From Phyllobates terribilis (Eukaryota): DNA of 64,000 bases. Shown here one piece after another: positions 11,829 through 24,616 of this stretch (positions are counted from its first letter, which is position 1; every line of letters starts with the position of its first letter). The position numbers were made by a program, and so were the translations under genes. Below the pieces are notes generated by a model, which made no database searches, was not told the DNA's origin, and saw nothing but the letters and a program-made list of their open reading frames with translations. The DNA is taken from positions 779,092,001 through 779,156,000 of the forward strand of contig NW_027362762.1 of the NCBI RefSeq assembly GCF_046119375.1. Reading direction: 5' to 3'.

Positions 11829-13387
11829 CACTGCTCAAAAAAATAAAGGGAACACTTAAACAACAGAATATAACCCCAAGTAAATCAAACTTCTGTGAAA
11901 TCAAACTGTCCACTTAGGAAGCAACACTGATTGACAATCAATTTCACATGCTGTTGGGCAAATGGAATAGACAATAGGTGGAAATTATTGGCAATTATCA
12001 AGACACCCTCAATAAAGTAGTTGTTCTGCAGGTGGGGACCACAGACCACATCTCAGTACCAATGCTTTCTGGCTGATGTTTTTGTCACTTTAGAATGTTA
12101 GTTGTGCTTTCACACTCATGGTAGCATGAGACGGATTCTACAACCCACAGAAGTTGCTCAGGTAGTGCAGCTCATCCAGGATGGCACATCAATGCGAGCT
12201 GTGGCAAGAAGGTTTCCTGTGTCTGTCAGCGTAGTGTCCAGAGGATGTAGACGCTACCAGGAGACAGGCTAGTACACCAGGAGATGTGGAGGGGGCCATA
12301 GGAGGGCAACAACCCAGCAGCAGGACCGCTACCTCCGCCTTTGTGCAAGGAGGAACAGGAGGAGCACTGCCAGAGCCCTGCAAAACGACCTCCAGCAGGC
12401 CACAAATGTGCATGTGTCTGAACAAACGGTTAGAAACCGACTCCATGAGGGTGGTATGAGGGCCCGACGTCCACAGATGGGGGTTGTGCTCACAGCCCAA
12501 CACCATGAAGAACGCTCGGCATTTGCCACAGAACACCAGGATTGGCAAAGTCTCCACTGGCGCCCTGTGCTCTTCACAGATGAAAGCAGGTTCACACTGA
12601 GCACATGTGACAGACGTGACAGAGTCTGGAGACGCTGTGGAGAGTGATCTGCTGCCAGCAACATCCTTCAGTATGACCAGTTTGGCAGTGGGTCAGTAAT
12701 GGTGTGGGGTAGCATTTCTTTGGAGAGCCGCACAACCCTCCATGTGCTCGCCAGAGGTAGCCTGACTGCCATTAGGTCCCGAGATGAGATCCTCAGACCC
12801 CTTGTGAGACCATATGCTGGTGCGGTTGGCCCTGGGTTCCTCCTAATGCAGGACAATGCCAGACCTCATGTGACTGGAGTGTGTCAGCAGTTCCTGCAAG
12901 ATGAAGGCATTGAAGCTATAGACTGGCCCGCCAGTTCCCCAGACCTGAATCCGGTTGAGCACATCTGGGATATCATGTCTCGCTCCATCCACCAACGTCA
13001 CGTTGCACCACAGACTGTCCAGGAGTTGGCGGATGCTTTAGTCCAGGTCTGGGAGGAGATCCCACAGGGGACCATACGCAACCTCATCAGGAGCATGCCC
13101 AGGCGTTGTAGGGAGGCACGTGGAGGCCACACATAGTACTGAGCCTCATTTTGACTTGTTTTAAGGACATTACATCAAAGTTGGATCAGCCTGTAATGTG
13201 TTTTTCCACTTTAATTTTGGGGGTGACTGCAAATCCAGGCCTCCATTGGTTAATAAATTTGATTTCCATTGATGATTTTTGTGTGATTTTGTTGTCAGCA
13301 CATTCAACTTTGTACAGAACAAAGTATTCAATGAGAATATTTCATTCATTCAGATCTAGGATGTGTTATTTCAGTGTTCCCTTTATA
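11829..13387 (+). mobile_element. Near full-length Tc1 (DD34E) element; transposase pseudogene 12126-13136
   Basis: TIR CACTGCTCAAAAAAATAAAGGGAACACT; right end partial (AGTGTTCCCTTTAT). HTH N-terminus, FTDES, MQDNARPH (D 12852), SPDLNPVE (E 12957), 34-residue spacing; stops at ~12270 and 12645. Confidence 0.93.
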
Positions 13388-13446
13388 CATATATACTGAA
13401 TACATAGCCAATGTTAGTTTGTCAAGGAACAGATTGGTAAGCAAAC

Positions 13447-16400
13447 TTAAAGGCGTTCCACGAGTTAAAGCAATTCTCGGTGAATAGAAAACTTATTGGA
13501 AAATGTCAGCATGAATAAATTCCTAAATACCTTTAGTTAGCAAATCTTGTTCCTTTTCCTCCTTTTGTCTAGAGAAGTAATCACTATAGAACATTAAAGT
13601 GGCTACTATCTTGTTACACTGACAGAAACCTGTCCTAAAATGCTAATAGGACAGGTTCTGTGAGCATGTGCAGTAAGAAGCTCCACCCCCTCCTTTCATG
13701 TGCAGTAAGATGTTTTCCCAGTGCTCAGTCTCATCTCACACTGGGGATACCAGGGGTGATAAGGTAACGAGAAGCTGCTCACACTGTTGTCTACCCGGTC
13801 TATCTTATCTCATATTGGATATACCAGTGGTGCTGAGAAAAGAAGAGGCCACTCACACTGCTGTCCACCCTACCTATCTGATCTAATACTAGAGATACCA
13901 GAGGTGCTGAGGTAAGGAAATGCTGCTTACACTGTTGTCCACTCTGTCTATCTGATCTAATACTGGATATACCAGTGTTGCTAAGTAGAGATGAGCGGTG
14001 TTCGACTAGAACTGTTCGCCAATCTCAAATTCGAGCTGTTTTGGGCGGTGTTCGAGTTGTTCGACGAACCCGAACGATTTGCAAAAAATTCGGCTGTTCG
14101 AGGTTATGTTCGATAACTGTTCGTGCACCAAAAGCGTGTCCTGCATGTCTGGCGCTATTTAGAGCACCAATCATGCAGGGATTGTCTGCCACTCACTGTA
14201 ATGCCACAGCCATGGTGGTTGTGGCATTACAGTGATTGCCCAAATCGATGGGAACAGTGCCAACAGTGAAACATGAAAAGCCGGCAATTCAGCAGCGGCA
14301 TACACCTGTACCCGACAATTTAGAACCGAAAGAATAGAGCTTCACACATAGATTAGATAGATATAAACATGTCAGTCACATATATACGAAGTACAGTGAA
14401 AGTGCTGCTTACTGTACTTGTCATTTAGCGTAAAGGATTTATCAAAAAAAATAATAGTGTTTTCATGCACCGTCTCTTTAAAAAAGCCGGCCGGCAATTC
14501 AGCATCTGTACACGACAATTTATAACAGACAGAATAGAGCTTCACACATAGATTAGATAGATAGAAACATGTCAGCCACATATATACGAAGTACAGTGAC
14601 AGTGTTGCTTACTGTACTTGTCATTTAGCGTAAAGGATTTATCAAAAAAAATAATAGTGTTTTCATGCACTGTCTCTTTAAAAAAGCCGGCCGGCAATTC
14701 AGCAGCGGTACCCGACAATTTATAACAGACAGAATAGAGCTTCACACATAGATTAGATAGATAGAAACATGTCAGTCACATATATATGAAGTACAGTGAT
14801 AGTGTTGGTTACTGTACTTGTCATTTAGTATTAAAATAAAGGATTTATTATTAAAAAAATTGGCGTGGGGTTCCCCTTAATTTTAGGCTCTAGCGGAGGT
14901 TAAGCAGACGGCTGGGGCAGATGTTTAATACCCACGGAGCTTCCCAGGCTACGAATATCAGCCCCCAGCTGAATACATAGCCTTTACTAGCTATTAAAAT
15001 GGGGGACCCCCCCCAAAAAATGACGTGGGGTCCCCCCTAATTTAATAGCTAGCAAAGGCTAGGCAGACAGCTGGGGGCTGATATTAATAGCCCAGGAAGG
15101 GAGCCATGAATATTGGCCCCCTCCCAGGCTAGAAACACCAGCCGTCAGCCGCCCCAGAAATGGCGCATTCATAGGATGCGCCAATTCTGGCACTTAGCCT
15201 CGCTCTTCCACGCTGCCCTGGTGCGGTGGCAGGGGGTAATAGGGTTGGGGTTGATGTCAGCTTATAATGCCAGCTGACATCAAGCCCAGGTTAGTAATGG
15301 AGAGGCGTCTATAAGACACCCCCATTACTAACCCCATAGTCAAAGTTAAAAAAAACACAAACACCCAGAATAAAGTCCTTTAATTGAAATAAAGACACAA
15401 TCCTTTATTGTTCTAAATTAAACCATACTTACCGTCACGCCCATTCCAGCTGAAGCCAACGATCTCCTGCAATAAAAGAAAAATAATAAAGCAACCTCAT
15501 CCTTACCTTTCCATGGTTCCCACGACAGCTTCAGCTCTGCTACATCGAGATGACAGGCTGGACCGCACTGAGAAGCGCAGGCTTGCTTGCGCTGCTCAGC
15601 GTCTCTCTGTGACGACATCCAGATGAGCCGAGTTCATGTCCAATGAACTCGGCTCACCTCATGCACGTCACTGACAGAGTGGGAAAATTCTCACGCTGAA
15701 GCGGTGAGTGCAGGAGAATTCTCCCACGCTGTCAGTGACGTGCATAAGGTGAGCTCATGTCCAATGAACTCAGCTCACCTCCTGCACGTTACTGACAGCG
15801 TGGGAGAATTCTCCTGCACTCAGCGCTTCAGCGTGAGAATTCTCCCACGCTGAAGCGCTGAGTGCAGGAGAATTTTCCCATGCTGTCAGTGACGTGCATA
15901 AGGTGAGCTCATGTCCAATGAACTCAGCTCACCTCCTGCACGTCACTGACAGCGTGGGAGAATTCTCCTGCACTCAGCGCTTCAGTGTGAGAATTCTCCC
16001 ACGCTGAAGCGCTGAGTGCAGGAGAATTTTCCCACGCTGTCAGTGACGTGCATGAGGTGAGCCGAGTTCATTGGACATTAACTCGGCTCATCTGGATGCC
16101 CTCACAGAGAGACACTGTGGAGCGCAAGCAAGCCTGCGCTTCTCAGTGTCTGCGGGATGACAGGCTGGATGGCAGCGTTCTGCTGCGGTCCAGCCTGTCA
16201 TCTCGATGTAGCAGAGCTGAAGCTGTCATGGGAACCATGGAAAGGTAAGGATGATGTTGCTTTATTATTTTTCTTTTATTTCAGGAGATCGTTGGCTTCA
16301 GCTGGAATGGGCGTGATGGTATGGTTTAATTTAGAACAATAAAGAATTGTGTGTTTATTTCAATTAAAGGACTTTTTTCTGGGTGTTGTGTTTTTTTTAA

Positions 16401-19400
16401 ATACTTTACTAGAAATTCATGGTGGTCATGTCTAATATTGGCGTGACCCCATGAATTTCGGGCTTAGGGCCAGCTGATAATGCCAAGCTGGCCCTAACCC
16501 CTTTATTACCCAGTGAGCCACCACATCAGGGCCCTGGATGAGTTGGGTACAGCGCCAGAAGATGGCGCTTCTATGAACGCGCCATTTTCCGGGGTGGCTG
16601 CGGACTGCAATTTGCAGCGGGGGTGGCCCAGAAAGCTTGGGCCTCCCTGCGCTGCGGATTCCAGCCCCCAGCTGCCTAGTTGTACCTGGCTGGACACAAA
16701 AACAGGGCGAAGCCCCACGTCAATTTTCTTTAAATTATTTCATGAAATAATTAAGAAAAATCAATTTTTTTTAAATTATTTCATGAATTTCCTGAAATAA
16801 TTTAAAAAAATTGAAGTGGGGCTTCGCACTATATTTGTGTCCAGCCAGGTACAGCAGGCAGGAACGGGCTGCCCCCATCCACCAGCTGCCTATTTGTACC
16901 TGGCCGGACACAACAATATAGGGAAGCCCTTTTTTTCTTAATTATTTCATGAATTTCATGAAATAATTAAAAAAAATTGAAGTGGGGCTTCGCACTATAT
17001 TTGTGTCCAGCCAGGTACAGCAGGCAGGAACGGGCTGCCCCCAACCACCAGCTGCCTATTTGTACCTGGCCGGACACAACAATATAGGGAAGGCCTTTTT
17101 TTCTTAATTATTTCATGAATTTCATGAAATAATTAAAAAAAAAGTACGTGGGGCTTCGCCCTATTTTTGTGTCCAGCCAGGTACAACTAGGCAGCTGGGG
17201 GCTGGAATCTGCAGCGCAGGGAGGCCCAAGCTTTCTGGGCCCCCCCCTGCTACAAATTGCAGTCCGCAGCCACCCCGGAAAATGGCGCGTTCATAGAAGC
17301 GCCATCTTCTGGCGCTGTACCCAACTCATCCAGGGCCCTGGTGCGGTGGCTCACTGGGTAATAAAGGGGTTAGGGCCAGCTTGGTATTATCAGCTGGCCC
17401 CAAGCCCAAAATTCATGGAGTCACGCCAGTATTAGACATGACCGCCATGAAATTCTAGTAAAGTATTTAAAAAAAACACAACACCCAGAATAAAGTCCTT
17501 TAATTGAAATAAAGACACAATTCTTTATTGTTCTAAATTAAACCATACTTACCATCACACCCATTCCAGCTGAAGCCAACGATCTCCTGCAATAAAAGAA
17601 AAATAATAAACCAACCTCATCCTTACCTTTCCATGGTTCCCACGACAGCTTCAGCTCTGCTACATCGAGATGACTGGCTGGACCGCAGCAGAACGCTGCC
17701 ATCCAGTCTGTCATCCCGCAGACACTGAGAAGCGCAGGCATGCTTGCGCTCCTCACTGTCTCGCTGTGACGACATCCAGATGAGCCGAGGTCATGTCCAA
17801 TGAACTCGGCTCACCTCATGCACGTCACTGACAGCGTGGGAAAATTCTCACGCTGAAGTGCTGAGTGCAGGAGAATTCTCCCACGCTGTCAGTGATGTGC
17901 ATGAGGTGAGCTCATGTCCAATGAAGTCAGCTCACCTCCTGCACGTCACTGACAGCGTGAGAAAATTCTCCTGCAATCAGCGCTTCAGCGTGAGAATTTT
18001 CCCACGCTGTCAGTGACGTGCATGAGGTGAGCCGAGTTCATTGGACATGAACTCGGCTCATCTGGATGTCGTCACAGAGAGACGCTGAGCAGCGCAAGCA
18101 AGCCTGCGCTTCTCAGTGTCTGCGGGATGACAGGCTGGATGGCAGCGTTCTGCTGCGGTCCAGCCTGTCATCTCGATGTAGCAGAGCTGAAGCTGTCGTG
18201 GGAACCATGGAAAGGTAAGGATGAGGTTGCTTTATTATTTTTCTTTTATTGCAGGAGATCGTTGGCTTCAGCTGGAATGGGCGTGATGGTAAGTATGGTT
18301 TAATTTAGAACAATAAAGGATTGTGTCTTTATTTCAATTAAAGGACTTTATTCTGGGTGTTTGTGTTTTTTTTAACTTTGACTATGGGGTTAGTAATGGG
18401 GGTGTCTTATAGACGCCTCTCCATTACTAACCTGGGCTTGATGTCAGCTGGCATTATAAGCTGACATCAACCCCAACCCTATTACCCCCTGCCACCGCAC
18501 CAGGGCAGCGTGGAAGAGCGAGGCTAAGTGCCAGAATTGGCGCATCTTATGAATGCGCCATTTCTGGGGCGGCTGACGGCTGGTGTTTCTAGCCTGGGAG
18601 GGGGCCAATATTCATGGCTCCCTTCCTGGGCTATTAATATCAGCCCCCAGCTGTCTGCCTAGCCTTTGCTAGCTATTAAATTAGGGGGGACCCCACGTCA
18701 TTTTTTTTGGGGGGTCCCCCATTTTAATAGCTAGTAAAGGCTATGTATTCAGCTGGGGGCTGATATTAGTAGCCTGGGAAGCTCCGTGGGTATTACCCCC
18801 TTCCCAGGCTTCAAACATCTGCCCCAGCCGTCTGCTTAACCTCCGCTAGAGCCTAAAATTAAGGGGAACCCCACGCCAATTTTTTTAATAATAAATCCTT
18901 TATTTTAATACTAAATGACAAGTACAGTAACCAACACTATCACTGTACTTCATATATATGTGACTGACATGTTTCTATCTATCTAATCTATGTGTGATGC
19001 TCTATCTTTCTGTTCTAAATTGTCGGGTACCGCTGCTGAATTGCCGGCCGGCTTTTTTAAAGAGACAGTGCATGAAAACACTATTATTTTTTTAAATAAA
19101 TCCTTTACACTAAATGACAAGTATAGTAAGCAACACTATCACTGTACTTCATATATATGTGACTGACATGTTTCTATCTATCTAATCTATGTGTGAAGCT
19201 CTATTCTTTCTGTTCTAAATTGTCGGGTACAGATGCTGAATTGCCGGCCGGCTTTTTTAAAGAGACGGTGCATGAAAACACTATTATTTTTTTAAATAAA
19301 TCCTTTACACTAAATGACAAGTATAGTAAGCAACACTGTCACTGTACTTATTATATATGTGACTGACATGTTTCTATCTATCTAATCTATGTGTGAAGCT

Positions 19401-20290
19401 CTATTCTTTCTGTTCTAAATTGTCGGGTACCGCTGCTGAATTGCCGCTGGCTTTTTTAAAGAGACGGTGCATGAAAACACTAATATTTTTTTTAATAAAT
19501 CCTTTACACTAAATGACAAGTGCAGTAACCAACACTGTCACTGTGCTTCTTATATGTGTGACTGACATGTTTCTATCTATCTAATCTATGTGTGATGCTC
19601 TATTCCTTCTTGTCTAAATTGTCGGGTACCGGTGTATGCCGCTGCTGAATTTGCCGGCCGGCTTTTTTAAAGAGAGTGTCTTCTGAGCAGTTTGTCAGCT
19701 TTTGGACACCTTTGCAGGTGTTTTCTATGTGTTTCTATGTGTTTTTGTTTGCCTGCCATTGGTTTTAACGGTGTTCGACGGTGTTCTAAGGTGTTCGACG
19801 AACAGTTCGACGAACAGTTCCTCGAACATCCCGGTGTTCGACTAACCGAACCGAACCCGAACACTACGGGGGTGGCTCAACACTATTGCTAAGTTAAAAT
19901 GAGGCTGCTCACACTGCTGTCCATCCTGTCTATCTGATTTAACACTGTAGATACTAGAGGTGCTAAAGTAAGAAGAGGCCACTCACACTGTTGTGCAATC
20001 TGATTTTCTGAATGTTCAGTGGCTCCTGTGAGATGAAAGTAACTTCTACCCAGTATCGGGCATCTATTAAGGCATCCCCAGGTTATAGCAGTGGAGCTTC
20101 CTACTGCACATGCTCACTGGAATCTGTCCTATTATCATTCTAGAACAGGTTTCTCTAGTGTAACAAGCCATTTTAATGTACAATAGTGATTTCCTCCCTA
20201 GGACAAAACAAGTGCGATTTGCTAATTAAAGGTATTTAGGAATTTATAATGACATTTCTGTTATTTATTATTTGTTCTATTCCTAAAAAA
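13447..20290. mobile_element. Old MITE-like element with ~190-bp inverted arms and an internal 74-bp tandem repeat, split by the hAT foldback insertion
   Basis: ~13495-13690 is the reverse complement of ~20085-20260. 74-bp units (ctcacactg.. at 13778, 13852, 13926, then 19908, 19982) continue across the insertion. Confidence 0.6.
13986..19885. mobile_element. 5.9-kb non-coding hAT-ended foldback element made of nested palindromes
   Basis: Termini TAGAGATGAGCG / GGCTCAACACTA; perfect 8-bp TSD TTGCTAAG (13978-13985, 19886-19893); GTTCGA subterminal motif clusters at both ends; no transposase ORF. Confidence 0.9.
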
Positions 20291-20997
20291 TTGATTTAAT
20301 TAAAAAATATGCCCAACGCCACCAATATTGATAAAACAATCAAGGTATACACACCCATTTAATGTACGCCATTCCAGAGCTGTGTCTCTTATCCTCCCTG
20401 CCAGACCTTTTGTTTATTTCACTGCGGCAATGATTCATATGCCATATGAACGAGCATTGTCATATACATGGACATACTGTATTTGTACAGGGCATTTCAT
20501 TTCTGAGTTACTGTTCAGCTCTCTTTTTGATAACTGTATTAACACCTTTGTTTTTAACATGAAATTCTACACCTACAGACAATTTCTAGAGAAAATAGTA
20601 CGGTAATGCAATTACCAGAGAGACTGTAGAGCCGAGAACGGGTGATGACAGATGACTGTGTGCTGTAGATTGCATAGGAAATTTGTGTTTGACCTCTTTA
20701 AAGGTTTTCTAAGTTCAAGAACATTTAGTTTATACTTGATATGTTTCTTAATGGACTCCTGTAACACAATATAAGTATTAACCACTATTAATAAGATGCA
20801 CTTCAGCTTTCATATGAGCAGTTCTATAAGGAGCTCTAAAGCTATGGAAAAGTAAATGATCTGTAAGATTTCTTTAAATTTTCTCCACTATATACTTATG
20901 TATAGACATTGGCTATTTAAAGGGACTCTGTCAGCACAGAATGACTCTTTAAACTAATTACAGCCGCTCAGTGCTTCATGGTGGGGCCATTCATTTA

Positions 20998-21375
20998 CAG
21001 TTAGGTCCATATATATTTGGACAGAGACAACATTTTTCTAATTTTGGTTCTAGACATTACCACAATGAATTTTAAACAAAACAATTCAGATGCAGTGGAA
21101 GTTCAGACTTTCAGCTGTTATTTGAGGGTATCCACATTAAAATTTGATGAAGGCTTTAGGAGTTTCAGCTCCTTAACATGTGCCACCCTGTTTTTAAAGG
21201 GACCAAAAGTAATTGGACAATTGACTCCAAGGCTATTTCATGGACAGGTATGGGCAATCCCTTCGTTATGTCATTCTCAATTAAGCAGATAAAAGGCCTG
21301 GAATTCATTGTGGTAATGTCTAGAACCAAAATTAGAAAAATGTTGTCTCTGTCCAAATATATATGGACCTAACTG
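20998..21375. mobile_element. Tc1-type MITE
   Basis: ~75-bp near-perfect TIRs CAGTTAGGTCCATATATATTTGGACAGAGAC...; TA both sides. Confidence 0.9.
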
Positions 21376-21615
21376 TAATTTAAACTGCAACCAAAAGAAA
21401 TAGTCAATGCATAAAAATGCTCCTGTCCAGCAATATTTAGATGTGCTTGTGGGAGTAATAATCCAGATCAGCACCTTGTATTAAGTTCATATGCCTGCTG
21501 CGTGAAGTCAGCCAGACCTGCTCATCTGTGTGAATCCTCAATATGTTCTGCAAAATATTAATTCAGTAATTGAAACTGAGCACATTTTTCAGTAATTAAC
21601 TATGAGTGGTACATA

Positions 21616-21752
21616 CAGCGGATGAAATCAGTATTGAACACGTCAACAATTTTCTAAGTAAATGTATTTCTAAAGGAACTATTGACATGATATTCTCACC
21701 AGATGTCGGTAACAACCCATACAATCCACACAGGCAAAGAAATCAAACCATT
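21616..21752 (+). mobile_element. Tc1 terminal fragment
   Basis: TA + CAGCGGATGAAATCAGTATTGAACACGTCA, a Tc1-type TIR start; no partner end. Confidence 0.5.
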
Positions 21753-23306
21753 TAACCGTAGAACGGGGTGCACATTATTACCCTAGTCACCCAGGGATCT
21801 CTCTATTAACTATTTTTCTTAGGATCTCATTACAACAATAGAAATTGTTTGCATGTCGCATGACAGGGAAGTTTTCCACACCTTACAAGCAGGAGAAGGA
21901 AACACCTGGACTCTTCACAAAGTCTTCTATAATGACGTACTCTGAATGACACTGAAGTAAGCAGTACTTTATTATTCACACAAGTATAGTACATTTTAAC
22001 GTTTTAAGGAATGGGCTAATTTGCCTAAATCTGTAAATATTGCCATAGGCATGATAACTATTGTACTTACCAAAGCTGGCCATAGACATGATTGCTGTCT
22101 GCCAAATACTCATTTGGTCTACAGCCATCTCTCCCGACTTCCCCATGACATGAACGCTCAGATCTCTCACTTCTTAGGCTTTCTTCCACTGCCCAGTAAA
22201 AACACATATCTCACCGGAAAAAAAGCAAAACAAAAGGGATCTGCATTTGAATTTCGACTGCCCAATCATTTTCTTCCCAACATCATCCGTTGGAGGAAGA
22301 GTTGGAAAGTCCCAAAACATCAGATGGTCAACTGGCTAGACCCCTCCAGACCTTACTAAAGGCCTCCATACATATTAGTTTAAATCTGACCATCTAATGT
22401 GTATGGGGGTCTGCTGACTCTCCCCAACAAATAATGTGTGGTAGATAAGAATCCAGCATTTTGAATTAAATTGCCAATCCTTTTGCTCTACCTGGAGATA
22501 AGTCCCTGCCACATTAGTCAGGGAGCGGCCTGCCCTGCTCTCCCTATTGAAACCACATGAACGCCCAGCTGAGCGTCAACATAGGTCTATATGTATCTAT
22601 ACTCTGCATAGGATTAGTGAACGCACATGCATACAACTACTCCATTTATTTTTTCACCACTTTTTTTTTTTATAAAATATTTCTTTATTCAATTTTCTAA
22701 TAAAATCAGTTTCAATACAATATTGCTCCGTTCACCAGGGGGACTTTGAGCATACTGCGCTATTTAGTCTGACAATTTTGACAGAATCTGCGACAGTGGC
22801 TCCTAACAAAAGCCTCCGATGCAGATGTGAATGAAGCCTTAGAAGTATTTCTCTACTGTGGATAGACACTGAACAAACAGTTGAATTTCCACATTAATTA
22901 CATACATTTTTGTAATTACTGAATCTTACTTAGCTGCTAGAACAAAATTTTCTGCTTCTGCTTCCTCTCTTGTACTCCATCAAAGCATCATTGCTGCTGT
23001 AAAATAAAGGTTACATAGAATACATTTGTAGGAATATGAAATCAACATGAGAACGTATCATTGCTCATTTGCAATGCAGAACCTACTCCCTCAGAAACCC
23101 AATCATCTGAGCATATATTCATCTGCAGTCAACAATAGCAGTATTATGGTTCAACGTGTGATTCATATTCTTGAAAATAGAGTAGTATATTAAGCTATAT
23201 TGGTGTGTAAAAAGTGGAAAAAATGCACAATATTCTGAAAAAAATAGACAAAGCCAACTAGGCAGATACATTAGATAGATTAATAGATGGGATGGTTGGG
23301 ATAGAT

Positions 23307-23370
<64 letters not shown>
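23307..23370. repeat. (TAGA)16 microsatellite within a wider GATA/TATC-rich tract (~23260-23617)
   Basis: Perfect tetranucleotide run seen directly. Confidence 0.97.
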
Positions 23371-23618
23371 ATATTTGGGAAAGATTAGATGAATAGATAA
23401 ATAGTTACAAGACATACATAAATAGAAACTATCGGATAGACAGCAAGAGAGATAGACAGACACTAGATAGATAAATTATTACAAGATAGATACATAAATA
23501 GATACTAGATAGATATATACCAAATAGACTCTAACTATCTAGTATCTATCCATGCACTGTATCTATCTAATTATCTATCTATCTATCTATCTATCCCATA
23601 TCAATCTATCTATCTAGT

Positions 23619-24405
23619 TGTTACACACACGCCGCTAGGTTCAGATAGGGGCGAGACAGGTTACATGAATTCTTTGGAATCCTGGGGGAACCTTTACTCA
23701 GGGCGACCATAGACCATATGCTGCAGCTTCTCTCATGCACACAGGGGTATTGACCCTCAGGCACAGACACGTAGGTTGTTTCACTTGCAGACCACACACA
23801 CTTGACAAGAGTCCTCATAAACGGTAAAACAGTAGCATTTAATAAGAAGCCAAACAGCCAGTGCAAGTTAAATCTTATGAGTAACAGGTTGCAGTGACAA
23901 ATAGTACAGTTTCCTTAGCAGCACAGCAGTTCACAGTCTTCCCAGTAGTACAGGACAGCGCAGTTCTAATGCAAAGGCACAATGATGAACACAGCATTCT
24001 TTATAGCAGAGTGAGATGGAGGAAGGGGGGGAGAGTTTTCTGAGAGAGATGATCCCTGTGACATCATTTCTTCCAGTCCTTATCTTTCTGCCTGGCAATA
24101 CTCTGCACTGTTAGTTCAGGAACTCTACCTGACCTGTGCTTAGCTTCACTCCTGACTTGAATCCTTTTCACTTGCAGGGGCCTTCTGTGAGATACAGAAC
24201 ACACACACACTTTCTCTTTGGCTCCAGCCAGACAGTAAAGAACTTCCCCACAATCCCCCTTGGCTTCTGCTAAAACACTCCCCTTCTCCTGTAACTGTGT
24301 TAACCCCTCTAGTTGCTGGATGCTTCTGGAACACAACACTTCCTGTCTCATGTGCTTGTGTTACTTCTAATAGTTGCTGAATGCTTTTAAAGCAACAACA
24401 CTACT
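23619..24405 (-). mobile_element. LTR (3' portion) inserted in the TCTA tract and running into the assembly gap
   Basis: Minus-strand end ...GTGTGTAACA at 23619; ATTAAA on minus ~23840; 24240-24405 homologous to 3150-3315. Confidence 0.6.
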
Positions 24406-24616
24406 NNNNNNNNNNNNNNNNNNNNNNNNNNNNNNNNNNNNNNNNNNNNNNNNNNNNNNNNNNNNNNNNNNNNNNNNNNNNNNNNNNNNNNNNNNNNNNN
24501 NNNNNNNNNNNNNNNNNNNNNNNNNNNNNNNNNNNNNNNNNNNNNNNNNNNNNNNNNNNNNNNNNNNNNNNNNNNNNNNNNNNNNNNNNNNNNNNNNNNN
24601 NNNNNNNNNNNNNNNN
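24406..24616. other. Assembly gap (211 N)
   Basis: Run of N. Confidence 1.

Noticed and set aside
14281-14850. CRISPR-like or regularly spaced repeats (also 29180-29683, 46380-47700)
   Set aside because: These are whole-unit tandem repeats without unique spacers, in eukaryotic DNA with no cas genes.
15418-17756. Repeated short ORFs (..LDVAELKLSWEPWKGKDEVALLFFFY..) seen four times
   Set aside because: They are translations of the non-coding B arms of the palindrome on alternate strands, with no protein homology recognised.
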